DNA of 44,498 bases from a virus (lineage: Duplodnaviria > Caudoviricetes): IMG/VR virus record IMGVR_UViG_3300042305_000436, positions 1 through 44,498 of that record, one strand, 5' to 3'. Below are positions 24,115 to 33,566 of the stretch, one piece after another. How positions within the stretch are numbered: position 1 is the first letter of the stretch; every line of letters begins with the position of its first letter. The notes under the pieces were generated by a model. The model had not been told where the DNA came from, did not search any database, and saw only the letters and a program-made list of their open reading frames with translations. The translations under genes and the position numbers were made by a program.

Positions 24115-24726
24115 CTACGGCTTGATCCAGAGGACCGGCGAGGCGCTGGCGACGCGCATGTCCTCGAGCAGCCCGCCGCCCGGCAGGAGCAGGTTGTGCG
24201 CGCCGTCGGCGTAGCCGCGGCGCAAGGTGCCGAGGTGGCGCTGGCCGGCGCTGTCCTCGACGATCGCGAGGCGGCCGGCGGCGAGCTCGGCGGCGACGGC
24301 GCGGCCGGGCTGGAAGAACAGAACCCAGCCATCCATGAAGTCGAGCGCGCTGCCGGCGGTCTGCGCGCGCACGGCGACGACGTCGGGGGGCAGGGCGGGA
24401 TGGCCGTCGACTGAGACGCTGGCCTTGTCGAGCCGCACGATCATGCGCGCGTCGACGACGCCGACCATGCGCACCCGCGTTGCCGCAGGCGCCGCGCCTG
24501 GCCGAGGCTGGATGCGGACGCCGGCGTGGGACAGCACTTCCGCGACCTCGACGCCGAGGAAGTCTGCGATCTCCTGCGCCTGCGGCAGCTGCAGGCGGCG
24601 GCGACCGTTGAGCAGCAGCGACACCGCGGAAGCGTCGAGGCCGAGGTGGTTGGCGAGCGCGCGCTGCGTGGTCTTGCGGGCGCGCAACTGCGCGGCGAAC
24701 CAGGATCTGTCGATGCGTTGAGCCAT
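24115..24726 (-). CDS. CI-like repressor (XRE HTH plus degenerate S24-like C-terminal domain)
   Basis: TQRALANHLGLDASAVSLLLNGRRR HTH; divergent from the early operon. Confidence 0.85.
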   Translation of the reverse strand: MAQRIDRSWFAAQLRARKTTQRALANHLGLDASAVSLLLNGRRRLQLPQAQEIADFLGVEVAEVLSHAGVRIQPRPGAAPAATRVRMVGVVDARMIVRLDKASVSVDGHPALPPDVVAVRAQTAGSALDFMDGWVLFFQPGRAVAAELAAGRLAIVEDSAGQRHLGTLRRGYADGAHNLLLPGGGLLEDMRVASASPVLWIKP

Positions 24727-24793
24727 GCGATGACGGTGCGGCGATGCTGGCCGGGAGTCAACGGAGCATCACGGTTACTCATTTTGAGCAACG

Positions 24794-24836
24794 ATGACGA
24801 ATTGTCATTGACAGAACCGCACGGGCGGCTCTATAC
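24794..24836 (+). promoter_or_regulatory. Putative early rightward promoter with operator-like sites
   Basis: TTGACA(24808)-N17-CTATAC; palindrome ATGACGAATTGTCAT at 24794; TTGACAGAACCGCA over the -35. Confidence 0.65.
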
Positions 24837-24881
24837 ACGCATCCATGCCGCATGGACGCGGCGAAGGGAGAAGACACGATC

Positions 24882-25058
24882 ATGAACGTTCGCATCCTCA
24901 ACATCGAAGTCGACGTCAACTACGTCGTAGCGACGGTCGTGCCGGCCGACAACGCCGGCAGCGCGCTCGCGACCTACTCGGGCAACACCGCCTTCGACGC
25001 GGTCGACGCGGCCTGGGGTTGGGCCGATCGCAACGGCCATGTCGTCGTGGAGGCCTGA
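24882..25058 (+). CDS. Hypothetical protein (58 aa)
   Basis: GGGAG RBS, high-GC3 codons, first gene after the early promoter. Confidence 0.65.
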   Translation: MNVRILNIEVDVNYVVATVVPADNAGSALATYSGNTAFDAVDAAWGWADRNGHVVVEA

Positions 25059-25081
25059 CGCTCTGACGATGACGGCTCTGG

Positions 25082-25115
25082 CAAGCCCCGCCTCGCAAAT
25101 CGCGAGCGGGGCTTG
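25082..25115 (+). other. Stable intergenic hairpin without a U-tract
   Basis: caagccccg-c-ctcgc-aaatc-gcgag-cggggcttg. Confidence 0.5.
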
Positions 25116-25142
25116 AGGCGGTAGGAAGGAAGGAGGTGGCAC

Positions 25143-25607
25143 ATGAGCCACAACAGACTGACCATCGACACCATCGCGACGACGCCGATCGGCGAGCTGA
25201 TCGGCACCCCGGTCGACCAGCTGGCGATGCTGGCCGACGACATCACCCTGCTCGAGGAGCGGGCGAAGGCGGCGAAGCGGCACCTTAACATGCTGGTGCG
25301 CGCCAAGTTCGCCGACGAGCTCAACGGCCACGTGCTCGGCACCAAGCGCATCCCGGTCGACGGCATCGACGTCGTCGTCAACCTGCCGAAGACGGTGTCC
25401 TGGGACCAGGACGAGCTGCGCAAGATCGAGGAGCAGAAGGACCAGTGGGGCAAGCCCTTCTGGACCTACATGGAGATCAAGCGCTCGGTCGCGGAAAAGG
25501 TCTTCGACACGCTCGACGCCGCGGGCAAGCAGGCGTTCGGCGCGGCGCGCACGGTCAAGGCCGGCGCCCAGGCGGTCAAGTTCGAGCGCAAGGGAGGGCA
25601 GGCCTGA
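25143..25607 (+). CDS. Hypothetical protein of the recombination/replication module
   Basis: Strong GGAGG RBS; LPK.V.WDQ..L motif; coupled to the AAA ATPase. Confidence 0.75.
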   Translation: MSHNRLTIDTIATTPIGELIGTPVDQLAMLADDITLLEERAKAAKRHLNMLVRAKFADELNGHVLGTKRIPVDGIDVVVNLPKTVSWDQDELRKIEEQKDQWGKPFWTYMEIKRSVAEKVFDTLDAAGKQAFGAARTVKAGAQAVKFERKGGQA

Positions 25608-26377
25608 TGGCGATCTCGCTCAAGTCCCTGCAGCGTGGCGCGGCGATGAAGCCGCCGCGCATGCTGGTCTACGGCGTAGCCGGCATCGGCAAGACGACGC
25701 TGTCCGCCGGCGCGCCGGCGCCGATCGTGCTCCAGACCGAGGACGGCCTGGGTACGCTGGACGTCCCGGCGTTCCCGCTCGCCAAGACCTTTGGCGACGT
25801 CATGGACGCGCTGCAGGCGCTGGCGACCGAGGCGCACGAGTTCAAGACGCTCGTCGTCGACAGCCTCGACTGGCTCGAGCCGCTCGTCTACGCGCACACG
25901 TGCGCGGTCAACAAGTGGGGCTCGATCGAAGATCCGGGATACGGCAAGGGCTACCTGGCCGCGCTGGCGTTTTGGCGAGACTACATCAGCGCCATCAACT
26001 ACCTGCGCGACGAGATCGGCATGACGATCGTGCAGCTGGCGCACTCGCAGATCCGTCGCTTCGAGAGCCCGGAGACGGAGCCCTACGACCGCTACGAGCT
26101 CAAGCTGCAGAAGCACACGGCGGCGCTGGTCATGGAGCACTCGGACGTCGTGCTCTTCGCCAACTACCGGGTCGGCGTGGCGAAGGCCGACGCCGGCTTC
26201 AACAAGAAGGTCGCGCGCGCCATCGGGTCCGGCGAGCGCGTGATCAACACGACCGAGCGGCCGGCGTGGCTGGCTAAGAACCGCTACGCGATGCCGGACC
26301 AGATCCCGATGCCGCGCGACGGCGCATGGTCGCTGCTCGCGCAGCATATCCCCTACTTCAACCCGACGAAGGAGTGA
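25607..26377 (+). CDS. AAA_24-family ATPase (Sak4-like recombinase)
   Basis: YGVAGIGKTT Walker A, TLVVDSLDWLE Walker B, GYGKGY and AKNRY motifs. Confidence 0.85.
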   Translation: MAISLKSLQRGAAMKPPRMLVYGVAGIGKTTLSAGAPAPIVLQTEDGLGTLDVPAFPLAKTFGDVMDALQALATEAHEFKTLVVDSLDWLEPLVYAHTCAVNKWGSIEDPGYGKGYLAALAFWRDYISAINYLRDEIGMTIVQLAHSQIRRFESPETEPYDRYELKLQKHTAALVMEHSDVVLFANYRVGVAKADAGFNKKVARAIGSGERVINTTERPAWLAKNRYAMPDQIPMPRDGAWSLLAQHIPYFNPTKE

Positions 26378-26382
26378 CTGAC

Positions 26383-26895
26383 ATGGTTGCGCTGAACTTC
26401 AACGCGGCGAACGTGAAGCCGCGCGAGGACGCCGAGGTGCTGCCGCCCGGCGACTACGTGGCGATGATCACCAACAGCGAGATGCGCGAGACGAAGGACG
26501 GCTCTGGCCAGTACCTGTGGCTCGAGATGGACATCACCGAGGGCGAGCACCAGGGTCGCAAGATCTGGGACCGGCTTAACCTGGTCAACCGCAACGCCAA
26601 GGCGGTCGAGATCGCGGAGCGGACGCTCTCGAGCATCTGCCACGCGGTCGGCAAGCTGAATGTCCAGGACAGTGAGGAGCTGCACGGCTGCACTCTCGTC
26701 GCCAAAATCAAGGTGCGGCCGGGCCAGGGCGACTACGGGCCGAGCAACGAGGTGGCGAACTACCGGGCCGCCGGCGCGGTCGTGCCGATGGCGCGCCAGG
26801 CGCCCGCGCAGCCGGCGGCGCAGGCCGCCAAGCCGGCGGCGCAGCCGCCGGCGGCCCGTGCGGCCGCGGGAGCGACACCGCCGTGGCGTCGGTGA
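26383..26895 (+). CDS. DUF669-like single-stranded DNA-binding protein
   Basis: LP.G.Y.A.I..SE...TK.G.G.YL...GRK.WDRLNL; Ala/Pro tail ending PPW; follows the Sak4-like gene. Confidence 0.8.
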   Translation: MVALNFNAANVKPREDAEVLPPGDYVAMITNSEMRETKDGSGQYLWLEMDITEGEHQGRKIWDRLNLVNRNAKAVEIAERTLSSICHAVGKLNVQDSEELHGCTLVAKIKVRPGQGDYGPSNEVANYRAAGAVVPMARQAPAQPAAQAAKPAAQPPAARAAAGATPPWRR

Positions 26896-26983
26896 CAAAG
26901 ACGCAACCCGAGCGCGCGTGGGACGATCCCCTCTGGTGGTCGGCCACGCGCGCCATCATCGCAGCGCTCGCACGAGGTGAGAC

Positions 26984-27889
26984 ATGGCGCCCATCCCCCA
27001 GCGAAAGCACGACACGCGCTCGCTGATCTTCCGCGCGATCGCCGACGCGCAAGCCGACAGCCGACGCCTCCACCTGGGGGCGTCGGTCATCGGCCGGCAG
27101 TGCGAGCGGCAGCTCTGGTACTCGTTCCGCTGGGCGCGCACCGTCCGGCACGAGGGCAAGCTGCTGCGCATCTTCGCGCGCGGGCAGCTCGAGGAGGCGC
27201 GCATCACCGCCGACCTGCGACGCGCAGGCATGACGGTGATGGACGTCGATCCCGACAGCGGCCGGCAGTGGACCGTGCGCGATGCCGGCGGGCATTTCGG
27301 CGGGAGCATGGACGGCGTCGTGCTCGGCGTTCCCGAGGCGCCGGCGACCTGGCACCTGCTGGAATACAAGACCCACAACGCCAAGTCCTTCGCCGATCTC
27401 GCCAAGAAGGGCGTGGCGGCGGCCAAGCCCGAGCACTACGCGCAGATGCAGGTCTACATGCACCTGAGTGGGCTCACGCGCGCGCTCTACATCGCGGTCA
27501 ACAAGGACGACGAGGACATCTTCTGCGAGCGCATCCGGCACGACGCGGCCGAGGCGATCCGGTTGGTTGAGAAGGCGCGGCGCATCGTCGAGGCGGACAC
27601 GCCGCCGTCCAGGCTGTCGGCCGACCCGTCCTTCTACCTGTGCCGCTGGTGCGACTACCGCGACATCTGCCACGGCGACGAGCTGCCCGAGCGCAACTGC
27701 CGCACGTGCATGAATAGCTGGGCTGCGGGCGACGGCACGTGGAAGTGCCAGCAGGAAAGGGACATGGGCGACGGTCGCGCCGCGCTGCCCTGCCATCGGT
27801 TCATTCCGCCGCTGGTGCCGCGCGAGCAGGTCGACGTCCGGGACGACACGATCGTCTACGCCGGCGGCTGGGAGGACAGCGGGCCATGA
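26984..27889 (+). CDS. Cas4-like PD-(D/E)XK exonuclease
   Basis: HLGAS.IG..C.R.LWY, GSMDG, LLEYKT, AQMQ.YM and C.WC.Y..IC motifs. Confidence 0.85.
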   Translation: MAPIPQRKHDTRSLIFRAIADAQADSRRLHLGASVIGRQCERQLWYSFRWARTVRHEGKLLRIFARGQLEEARITADLRRAGMTVMDVDPDSGRQWTVRDAGGHFGGSMDGVVLGVPEAPATWHLLEYKTHNAKSFADLAKKGVAAAKPEHYAQMQVYMHLSGLTRALYIAVNKDDEDIFCERIRHDAAEAIRLVEKARRIVEADTPPSRLSADPSFYLCRWCDYRDICHGDELPERNCRTCMNSWAAGDGTWKCQQERDMGDGRAALPCHRFIPPLVPREQVDVRDDTIVYAGGWEDSGP

Positions 27890-29460
27890 TTGAGCTGCGT
27901 CCCTACCAGCAGGCGTCGATCGACGCGCTCTACGACTGGTTCATGCGCGAGCAGGGCAACCCGTTGGTGGTCCTGCCGACGGGCACGGGCAAGAGCGTGG
28001 TCATCGCGGAGTTCATCCGCGGCGTGTTCCAGGCCTGGCCGGACAGCCGCGTGATGATGCTCACGCACGTGCGCGAGCTCATCGCGCAGAACTACGCGGC
28101 GCTGGTCCGGCACTGGCCTGACGCGCCGGCCGGCATCTATTCGGCCGGGCTCGGCCGCCGGGACATCGGCCAGCCGATCACGTGTGCCGGCATCCAGTCG
28201 ATCTGGCGGCGCGCCTACGCGGTCCAGCGCTGCGACCTGGTGATCGTCGACGAGGCGCACCTGATACCGCGCGACGCCTCGACCATGTACGGCAAATTTC
28301 TGGCCGACATGCGGCAGATCAACCCGGCGCTCAAGATCATCGGTTTCACGGCCACGCCCTATCGCCTCGACAGCGGCATGCTGCACAAGGGCGACGGCGC
28401 GGTCTTCAATGGCATCGCCTACGAGATGACGATCCTCGAGGCCGTGCAGCAGGGCTACCTGTCCGAGGTCGTGCCGAAACAGCCTAAGACGCAGCTCGAC
28501 GTTTCGGGCGTCGGCAGCTACGGCGGCGAGTTCATCCAGAAGGAGCTCGAGCGCGCGGTCGACGTCGACGAGATCACCAAGGCGGCGGTCGACGAGATCG
28601 TTGCGCACGGCCAGTCGCGCGGGTCGTGGCTGATCTTCTGCTCGGGCGTCGGACACGCCGAGCACGTGCGCGACGCGATCCGCGAGCGCGGGTTCTCCTG
28701 CGAGACGGTGACGGGCGAGACGTCGCCGGCCGATCGCGACCGGATCATCGGCGCGTTCAAGTCCGGCGCGCTGCGCGCGATCACCAACATGTCGGTGCTC
28801 ACGACCGGGTTCGATGCCCCAGGCACCGACCTGATCGCGGCGTTGCGGCCGACCAAGTCCGCCGGCCTTTGGGTCCAGATGGTCGGGCGCGGCACCCGGC
28901 TCGCGAGCGGCAAGGAGGATTGCCTGCTGCTGGATTTCGCCGGCAACTGCAAGCGCCACGGGCCGATCGACAGGATCAAGGTCGGGCAGCCGGGCGAGGG
29001 CAGCGAGGGCGAGGCGCCGGTCAAGATCTGCCCGGAGTGCTCGACGATCGTGGCGGCGGCGGCGCGCGTCTGCCCGCAGTGCGAATACGAGTTCCCGCCG
29101 CCCAAGCCCAAGATCGCGCCCGAGGCCGCGACCGACGCGGTGCTCTCGACGCAGATCCGCGACACCTGGTGCGACGTCGACGAAGTCCACTACGCGCGCC
29201 ACAAGAAGATGGGCGGCATAGATTCCATGCGCGTCGAGTACCGGTGCGGCATGGTCATGCATCGCGAGTGGATCTGCTTTGAGCATGTCGGCTATGCGCG
29301 GCAGAAGGCGGTGGCCTGGTGGAACCGGCGCGCGCCGGGCCAGCCCGTGCCGGCGACGATCGACGACGCGCTGGCGGCGGCGCCGAGCCTGCCGACCCCG
29401 CAGCGCATCGCGGTCAGGCCGGCGGGGAAATACACCGAGATCGTGCGCCATGACTGGTAA
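27886..29460 (+). CDS. SF2 DEAD/H-box helicase with Zn ribbon (RadD/YejH-like)
   Basis: LRPYQ, PTGTGKS, DEAH, TATP, QMVGRG.R and CPEC..CPQC motifs. Confidence 0.9.
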   Translation: MIELRPYQQASIDALYDWFMREQGNPLVVLPTGTGKSVVIAEFIRGVFQAWPDSRVMMLTHVRELIAQNYAALVRHWPDAPAGIYSAGLGRRDIGQPITCAGIQSIWRRAYAVQRCDLVIVDEAHLIPRDASTMYGKFLADMRQINPALKIIGFTATPYRLDSGMLHKGDGAVFNGIAYEMTILEAVQQGYLSEVVPKQPKTQLDVSGVGSYGGEFIQKELERAVDVDEITKAAVDEIVAHGQSRGSWLIFCSGVGHAEHVRDAIRERGFSCETVTGETSPADRDRIIGAFKSGALRAITNMSVLTTGFDAPGTDLIAALRPTKSAGLWVQMVGRGTRLASGKEDCLLLDFAGNCKRHGPIDRIKVGQPGEGSEGEAPVKICPECSTIVAAAARVCPQCEYEFPPPKPKIAPEAATDAVLSTQIRDTWCDVDEVHYARHKKMGGIDSMRVEYRCGMVMHREWICFEHVGYARQKAVAWWNRRAPGQPVPATIDDALAAAPSLPTPQRIAVRPAGKYTEIVRHDW

Positions 29461-29857
29461 GCGGCGAGGCAAGAAGATCATGCGGGCGATCCACGCCTGG
29501 GCGCTCGGGCACGGCGGCGTGTTCGACGTCCGCGACCTGATCGAGGTGTTCGAGACGGAGACCGGCAGGTCGCTGGGCAACTCGTGCCGCTGGCTCCAGC
29601 GCGACGAGCTGCTCGAGCAGGTCGAGGCGATCGAGCGCGCGGGCTCGCACGGCGCGACGATCTACAGGTTCCGCGCAGTGCCGGGCAGCGTCTACGTCGC
29701 GCGCAAGCCGGTCGAGAAGCGCAGGCTGATCGACCCGGAGCGGGCCTGGGCGCAGCTGATGAATGGGCGCCGGTTCGAGGACGTCGAGGACGTCCGGCCG
29801 GCGGTCGGGCCGCGGCCCTGGAGGCCGCCGACGCTCCACCCGACGGCATACACGTGA
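29450..29857 (+). CDS. Hypothetical protein (135 aa)
   Basis: ATG overlaps the helicase 3' end; phage-like codon usage. Confidence 0.55.
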   Translation: MTGKRRGKKIMRAIHAWALGHGGVFDVRDLIEVFETETGRSLGNSCRWLQRDELLEQVEAIERAGSHGATIYRFRAVPGSVYVARKPVEKRRLIDPERAWAQLMNGRRFEDVEDVRPAVGPRPWRPPTLHPTAYT

Positions 29858-29879
29858 CAATATCGCAACGGAGACGGTG

Positions 29880-30191
29880 ATGGTGAAGGCAGGCGAGATC
29901 CTCGAGACGGCGGCGCAGCTGGTGGACGGCGAGCGCGCCAGGCTCCACGGCGACAAGGTCGAGAACCACAACTGCATCGCGGGGCTGTGGAGCGCCTACC
30001 TGCGCATCACGCAGGAGCGGCGCGTCACGGGCGGCGTCGACGCGATCGACGTCGCCAACATGATGATCCTGCTGAAGGTGGCGCGCACGGTCTCTGGCGG
30101 CGACCACAACATCGACAACTACGTGGACGCCGCGGGCTACGCGGCGGTGGCCGGCGAGATTGCGGAGCGCTGGCACAAGCTCAGGCAGTGA
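29880..30191 (+). CDS. DUF6378-like protein
   Basis: IL..A..LV.G.R...HG....N...IA.LWSAYL...DVA.MM.LLK.AR...DNYVD.AGYAA; GGAG RBS. Confidence 0.75.
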   Translation: MVKAGEILETAAQLVDGERARLHGDKVENHNCIAGLWSAYLRITQERRVTGGVDAIDVANMMILLKVARTVSGGDHNIDNYVDAAGYAAVAGEIAERWHKLRQ

Positions 30192-30475
30192 TCTGCCTGC
30201 GGTGCGGTCGCGACGCGCGGGTGTTCGTGACCGACCCGGACTGGCTCTACCCGCGCACGTTCTGCAGCTACTCATGCATGGAGATGGGACAGATGGTTGA
30301 TCCGACAGACGCAGAGAAGCAAGCGATCCAGGCCGCCGGCGTTGCCGTCGGGCAGTACCTGGAGGAGGTCGGGCAGACCGACCTCGCGAAGCTGACCGGC
30401 GAGCAGTTCGACATGGTGATCGAGGTCGCGGTGACCGCGTACACCGAGAGCCTGCAAGCGGCGCCGCCGTTCTGA
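30188..30475 (+). CDS. DUF6511-like Zn-binding protein
   Basis: C..C...FCS..C followed by DPT..E..A...G.YLE..G.TDL..L, ending PPF; GTGA coupling. Confidence 0.65.
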   Translation: MICLRCGRDARVFVTDPDWLYPRTFCSYSCMEMGQMVDPTDAEKQAIQAAGVAVGQYLEEVGQTDLAKLTGEQFDMVIEVAVTAYTESLQAAPPF

Positions 30476-30717
30476 TGCGCCGCCAGGTGCCGCAGCGGAA
30501 GCGCCGCGTCCGAAGCGCTGAAATGCTGGCGCTGCTCGACGCGATCAATCGCTGCGAGATCAGGGACGCGCCAGGGCGCAAATGGTTTGCGCGCGAGCGC
30601 TGGCCGGAAGTGCAGACGCAGTCGTCGCTGTGCGCCGAGGCAGCATTTCCGTCACGCACTCGCTGGGCGCTCGGCGGCGGCGGCTTTCGGGTCGCGATGC
30701 AGAGCGCAGCAGAGTGA
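30475..30717 (+). CDS. Hypothetical protein (80 aa)
   Basis: TGATG coupling and fills the gap, but codon usage is atypical. Confidence 0.4.
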   Translation: MRRQVPQRKRRVRSAEMLALLDAINRCEIRDAPGRKWFARERWPEVQTQSSLCAEAAFPSRTRWALGGGGFRVAMQSAAE

Positions 30718-30727
30718 GGAGGAGGGC

Positions 30728-31009
30728 ATGGAGATGAAAGACAACGAGTGCGAGCTGACGATCCGCCTACGGGCGGCAGCGGACGAAGAAGCTAGGAGCG
30801 ACCTCCCGTTCTTGGGGGCGGTCTGTGAGATCAAGACGTTGCGCCGCGAGCGCGCGATGCTTCTGGGGGCGCTGCAGACCATCCGCGACGCCGACGACCT
30901 CTGCCGCCGGCTTCGCATCCCCCACATGCCGACGTCATCGAGGATGAAGCTGGATCAGGTCTTTGAGCTGTTCCGCGAGATCGTGGCCGACATGGAGGGC
31001 AAGCCATGA
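30728..31009 (+). CDS. Hypothetical protein (93 aa)
   Basis: Strong GGAGGAGG RBS; ATGA coupling to the primase. Confidence 0.65.
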   Translation: MEMKDNECELTIRLRAAADEEARSDLPFLGAVCEIKTLRRERAMLLGALQTIRDADDLCRRLRIPHMPTSSRMKLDQVFELFREIVADMEGKP

Positions 31010-33228
31010 TCGACCTTCGCAACACCGCGACCGTGTACGCGCACGAGCGCGGGTGGTCGGTCTTCCCGGTCCACGGCGTGGTCGATGGCCGCTGCACCTG
31101 CGGCAGCCCGACCTGCGGGAACCCTGGGAAGCATCCCGTCCCGTCGAACGGGCTGAAGGCGGCGACGCGCGATCCCCGACAGATCACGCTGCTGTTCCGG
31201 CCGGGCCACAACGTGGCGGTGGCGACGGGCGAGGTGTCCGGGTTCTGGGCGCTTGACGTCGACGGTGCTGCTGGCGAGGCCAGCCTGGCCGCGCTCGAGG
31301 CCGAGCACGGCGCGCTGCCGACGACGCTGGTGCATTTCACCGGAAAGGGGAAGCACCTGTTCTTTCGGTGGAAAGCCCCGGTCAAGAACTCGGTGCGCCA
31401 GCTGGGCGACGGCCTCGACGTCCGGGGCGACGGCGGCTACATCGTCGCCGCGCCGTCGGTCCACGCGAGCGGGGCGCAGTACCGGTTCGCGGACGAGACG
31501 ACGCCGATCGCCGACGCGCCGGACTGGCTCGAGGCCAGGGTGGCGAAGGGCGCGCCGGCGCCGCTGCTGGCGCTGCCGCCCGACCGGCATGTCGACCCCG
31601 AGCATGACCTGACCGAGGACCAGGTGCGGGACATGCTGGGCTACATCCACCCGGACTGCGACTACCAGACCTGGCTCGAGGTCGGGATGGCGCTGCATGC
31701 CGGCGCCTACCGGGTCGAGACCTGGGACAACTGGTCGGCGGGCGGGGCCAAGTACCGGCGCGGCGAGTGCCATCGCAAGTGGCGGGGGTTCAAGCCCGGC
31801 GCGATCAGCATGGGGACGCTGTGGTTCCATGCCATGCAGGGCGGCTGGCGGCCTGAGACCTCGAGGCCGATCCTCGAGGCCGGGCCGCACCCGGCCGCGG
31901 GGCTCCTGACCAAGATCAAGCGGCGGTCGAGGCCGCTGCAGCCGGCGGGCGCGCCGGCCGTGGCCGGCCGGCTGTCGTTCAAGCCGCTCGAGCTGCCCGG
32001 CCCGATCGGCGAGACCGTGCGGTGGATCGTCGGGTCGTCGATCCGCCCGCAGCCCGAGCTCGCGCTGGCGAACACGCTGGCGGCGCTCGGCGCGGTGTTT
32101 GGCCGGCGCTACGCGAGCGAGTGGGACACCCGCACCAACCTCTACCTGGTCGGCATCGCGGCGACGGGCTCGGGGAAGGACCACAGCCGCAAGGCGGTGA
32201 AGAAGCTGCTGGCAGCCGCGGGCCTGCATCACCTGCTGGCGGGCGACAGCATCGTGTCTGGCGCCGGGCTCCTGCGCGGGCTGCAGGCGCAGCCGGCGCA
32301 GATCCTCCACCTGGACGAGTTCGGCATGCTGCTGAAGTCGATCACGCAGGAGGACGGGCCGGCGCACCTGCGGTCGATCTCGAAGGCGCTGCTCGAGCTG
32401 TTCTCCTCGAGCGGGTCGATCTTCCACGGCGGGCACTATGCGAGCTCGGACATCGACCCGATCGTGATCGACCATCCGCACCTGTGCATCTACGCGACGA
32501 CGGCGCTGTCGACCTACCGTGAGGGGCTGACGCGCGCGGCGGTGGCCTCGGGCGAGCTCAACCGGTTCCTGGTCATCCCGGCCGCCGACGACCTGCCGAG
32601 GCTGTCGAGGTCAGTGGTCGAGGTCCAGCCGCCCGAGCGCCTCGTGGCGCAGTGGGCCGCCTTTGGCGCCACGATGGCCCCAGGACAGGGGAACCTCGTC
32701 GGGGTGGGGGGCAAGGCCTCCGGGCCTCCCCAGCCCATCCTGGTGCGATGGGCGGGCGTCCTCGAGCGCATCCACAAGATCGGGGACGACGCCGACGACG
32801 TCGTGCGGGCGGCAGCGCCTCGAGGCTTGGCCGGCGTGTGGACACGCTACCGCGAGCAGGTGATCAAGATCGCCATGATCTCGGCGATCGCGCGCAACCC
32901 GGTCGTTCCGATCATGGAGGGCGGGGATCTCGATTTCGCGGAGGCCGTGGTCCGTCCGGCCTGCGAGTACGTTGCGCACCTCGCCTCGGATCACATCGCC
33001 GACAACCGCCACGAGCGCGCGGTCAACCAGGTGCTGGGCATCCTGCGCGACGCGCAGGGCGAGTGGGTGACAAAGTCCCAACTGGCGCGCCAGCTGCGCG
33101 GCCTGTCGGGGCGGGATCGGAGCCAGATCCTCGACGACCTGGTCAACGCGCAGGAGGCAGTCGAGATGCGGGCCGAGCGGGGGGCGTCGGGCAAGGTGAC
33201 CCAGCACTACCGGATACTTCCCACATAA
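31006..33228 (+). CDS. Bifunctional primase-polymerase with PriCT-2 and C-terminal P-loop (DUF3987-like) domain
   Basis: GW.VFP, C.CG...C..PGKHP, LDVD, G.HL.F, D.RG.GGY.VA.PS.H; Y..WL.VGMALH (PriCT-2); A.TGSGK and LDEFG. Confidence 0.9.
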   Translation: MIDLRNTATVYAHERGWSVFPVHGVVDGRCTCGSPTCGNPGKHPVPSNGLKAATRDPRQITLLFRPGHNVAVATGEVSGFWALDVDGAAGEASLAALEAEHGALPTTLVHFTGKGKHLFFRWKAPVKNSVRQLGDGLDVRGDGGYIVAAPSVHASGAQYRFADETTPIADAPDWLEARVAKGAPAPLLALPPDRHVDPEHDLTEDQVRDMLGYIHPDCDYQTWLEVGMALHAGAYRVETWDNWSAGGAKYRRGECHRKWRGFKPGAISMGTLWFHAMQGGWRPETSRPILEAGPHPAAGLLTKIKRRSRPLQPAGAPAVAGRLSFKPLELPGPIGETVRWIVGSSIRPQPELALANTLAALGAVFGRRYASEWDTRTNLYLVGIAATGSGKDHSRKAVKKLLAAAGLHHLLAGDSIVSGAGLLRGLQAQPAQILHLDEFGMLLKSITQEDGPAHLRSISKALLELFSSSGSIFHGGHYASSDIDPIVIDHPHLCIYATTALSTYREGLTRAAVASGELNRFLVIPAADDLPRLSRSVVEVQPPERLVAQWAAFGATMAPGQGNLVGVGGKASGPPQPILVRWAGVLERIHKIGDDADDVVRAAAPRGLAGVWTRYREQVIKIAMISAIARNPVVPIMEGGDLDFAEAVVRPACEYVAHLASDHIADNRHERAVNQVLGILRDAQGEWVTKSQLARQLRGLSGRDRSQILDDLVNAQEAVEMRAERGASGKVTQHYRILPT

Positions 33229-33490
33229 TTCCCGCTCAATTCCTGTTGAAGAGCGGGTCGCAAGCTACTGATGCAAAAGGGAAAGTGGGGATAATTCCCT
33301 AATTCCCATCCCCATGAGAGGGAAGCACAATAGAGTGCAACAATGTGAAATAAAAAACAGGGGCAAGCATAGAGGGAAATAGGGAACTATCTATATACAT
33401 AGAATATATATTATTGATTTATCTATATAAAACCCGCCTCCGGTGATTCCCGAGCCTACCGGGAACCATCGGGAAGTCAGGGAAGCACCT
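33229..33490. other. AT-rich non-coding region with TTCCC/GGGAA repeats; putative replication origin
   Basis: Most AT-rich stretch in the window (about 33385-33432), flanked by repeated (AA)TTCCC and GGGAA, directly after the primase. Confidence 0.55.
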
Positions 33491-33505
33491 CGCTGCCTGT
33501 TCTGG

Positions 33506-33554
33506 TTGACAATATCGCATTGATCGGCATGATCGACACGGTGACAATCTCACA
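33506..33554 (+). promoter_or_regulatory. Putative promoter with two operator-like sites upstream of the RHH gene
   Basis: TTGACA-N16-CATGAT; sites TTGACAATATCGCA (33506) and GTGACAATCTCACA (33541). Confidence 0.6.
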
Positions 33555-33566
33555 ACGGAGGACGAG

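Noticed and set aside
25060-25125. Hammerhead ribozyme, suggested by ctgacga followed by a hairpin
   Set aside because: No correctly placed GAAA core or closing stems; reported only as a hairpin.
26984-27889. CRISPR-Cas system, suggested by the Cas4-like nuclease
   Set aside because: No array or other cas genes; the gene sits in a standard Sak4/SSB/helicase module.
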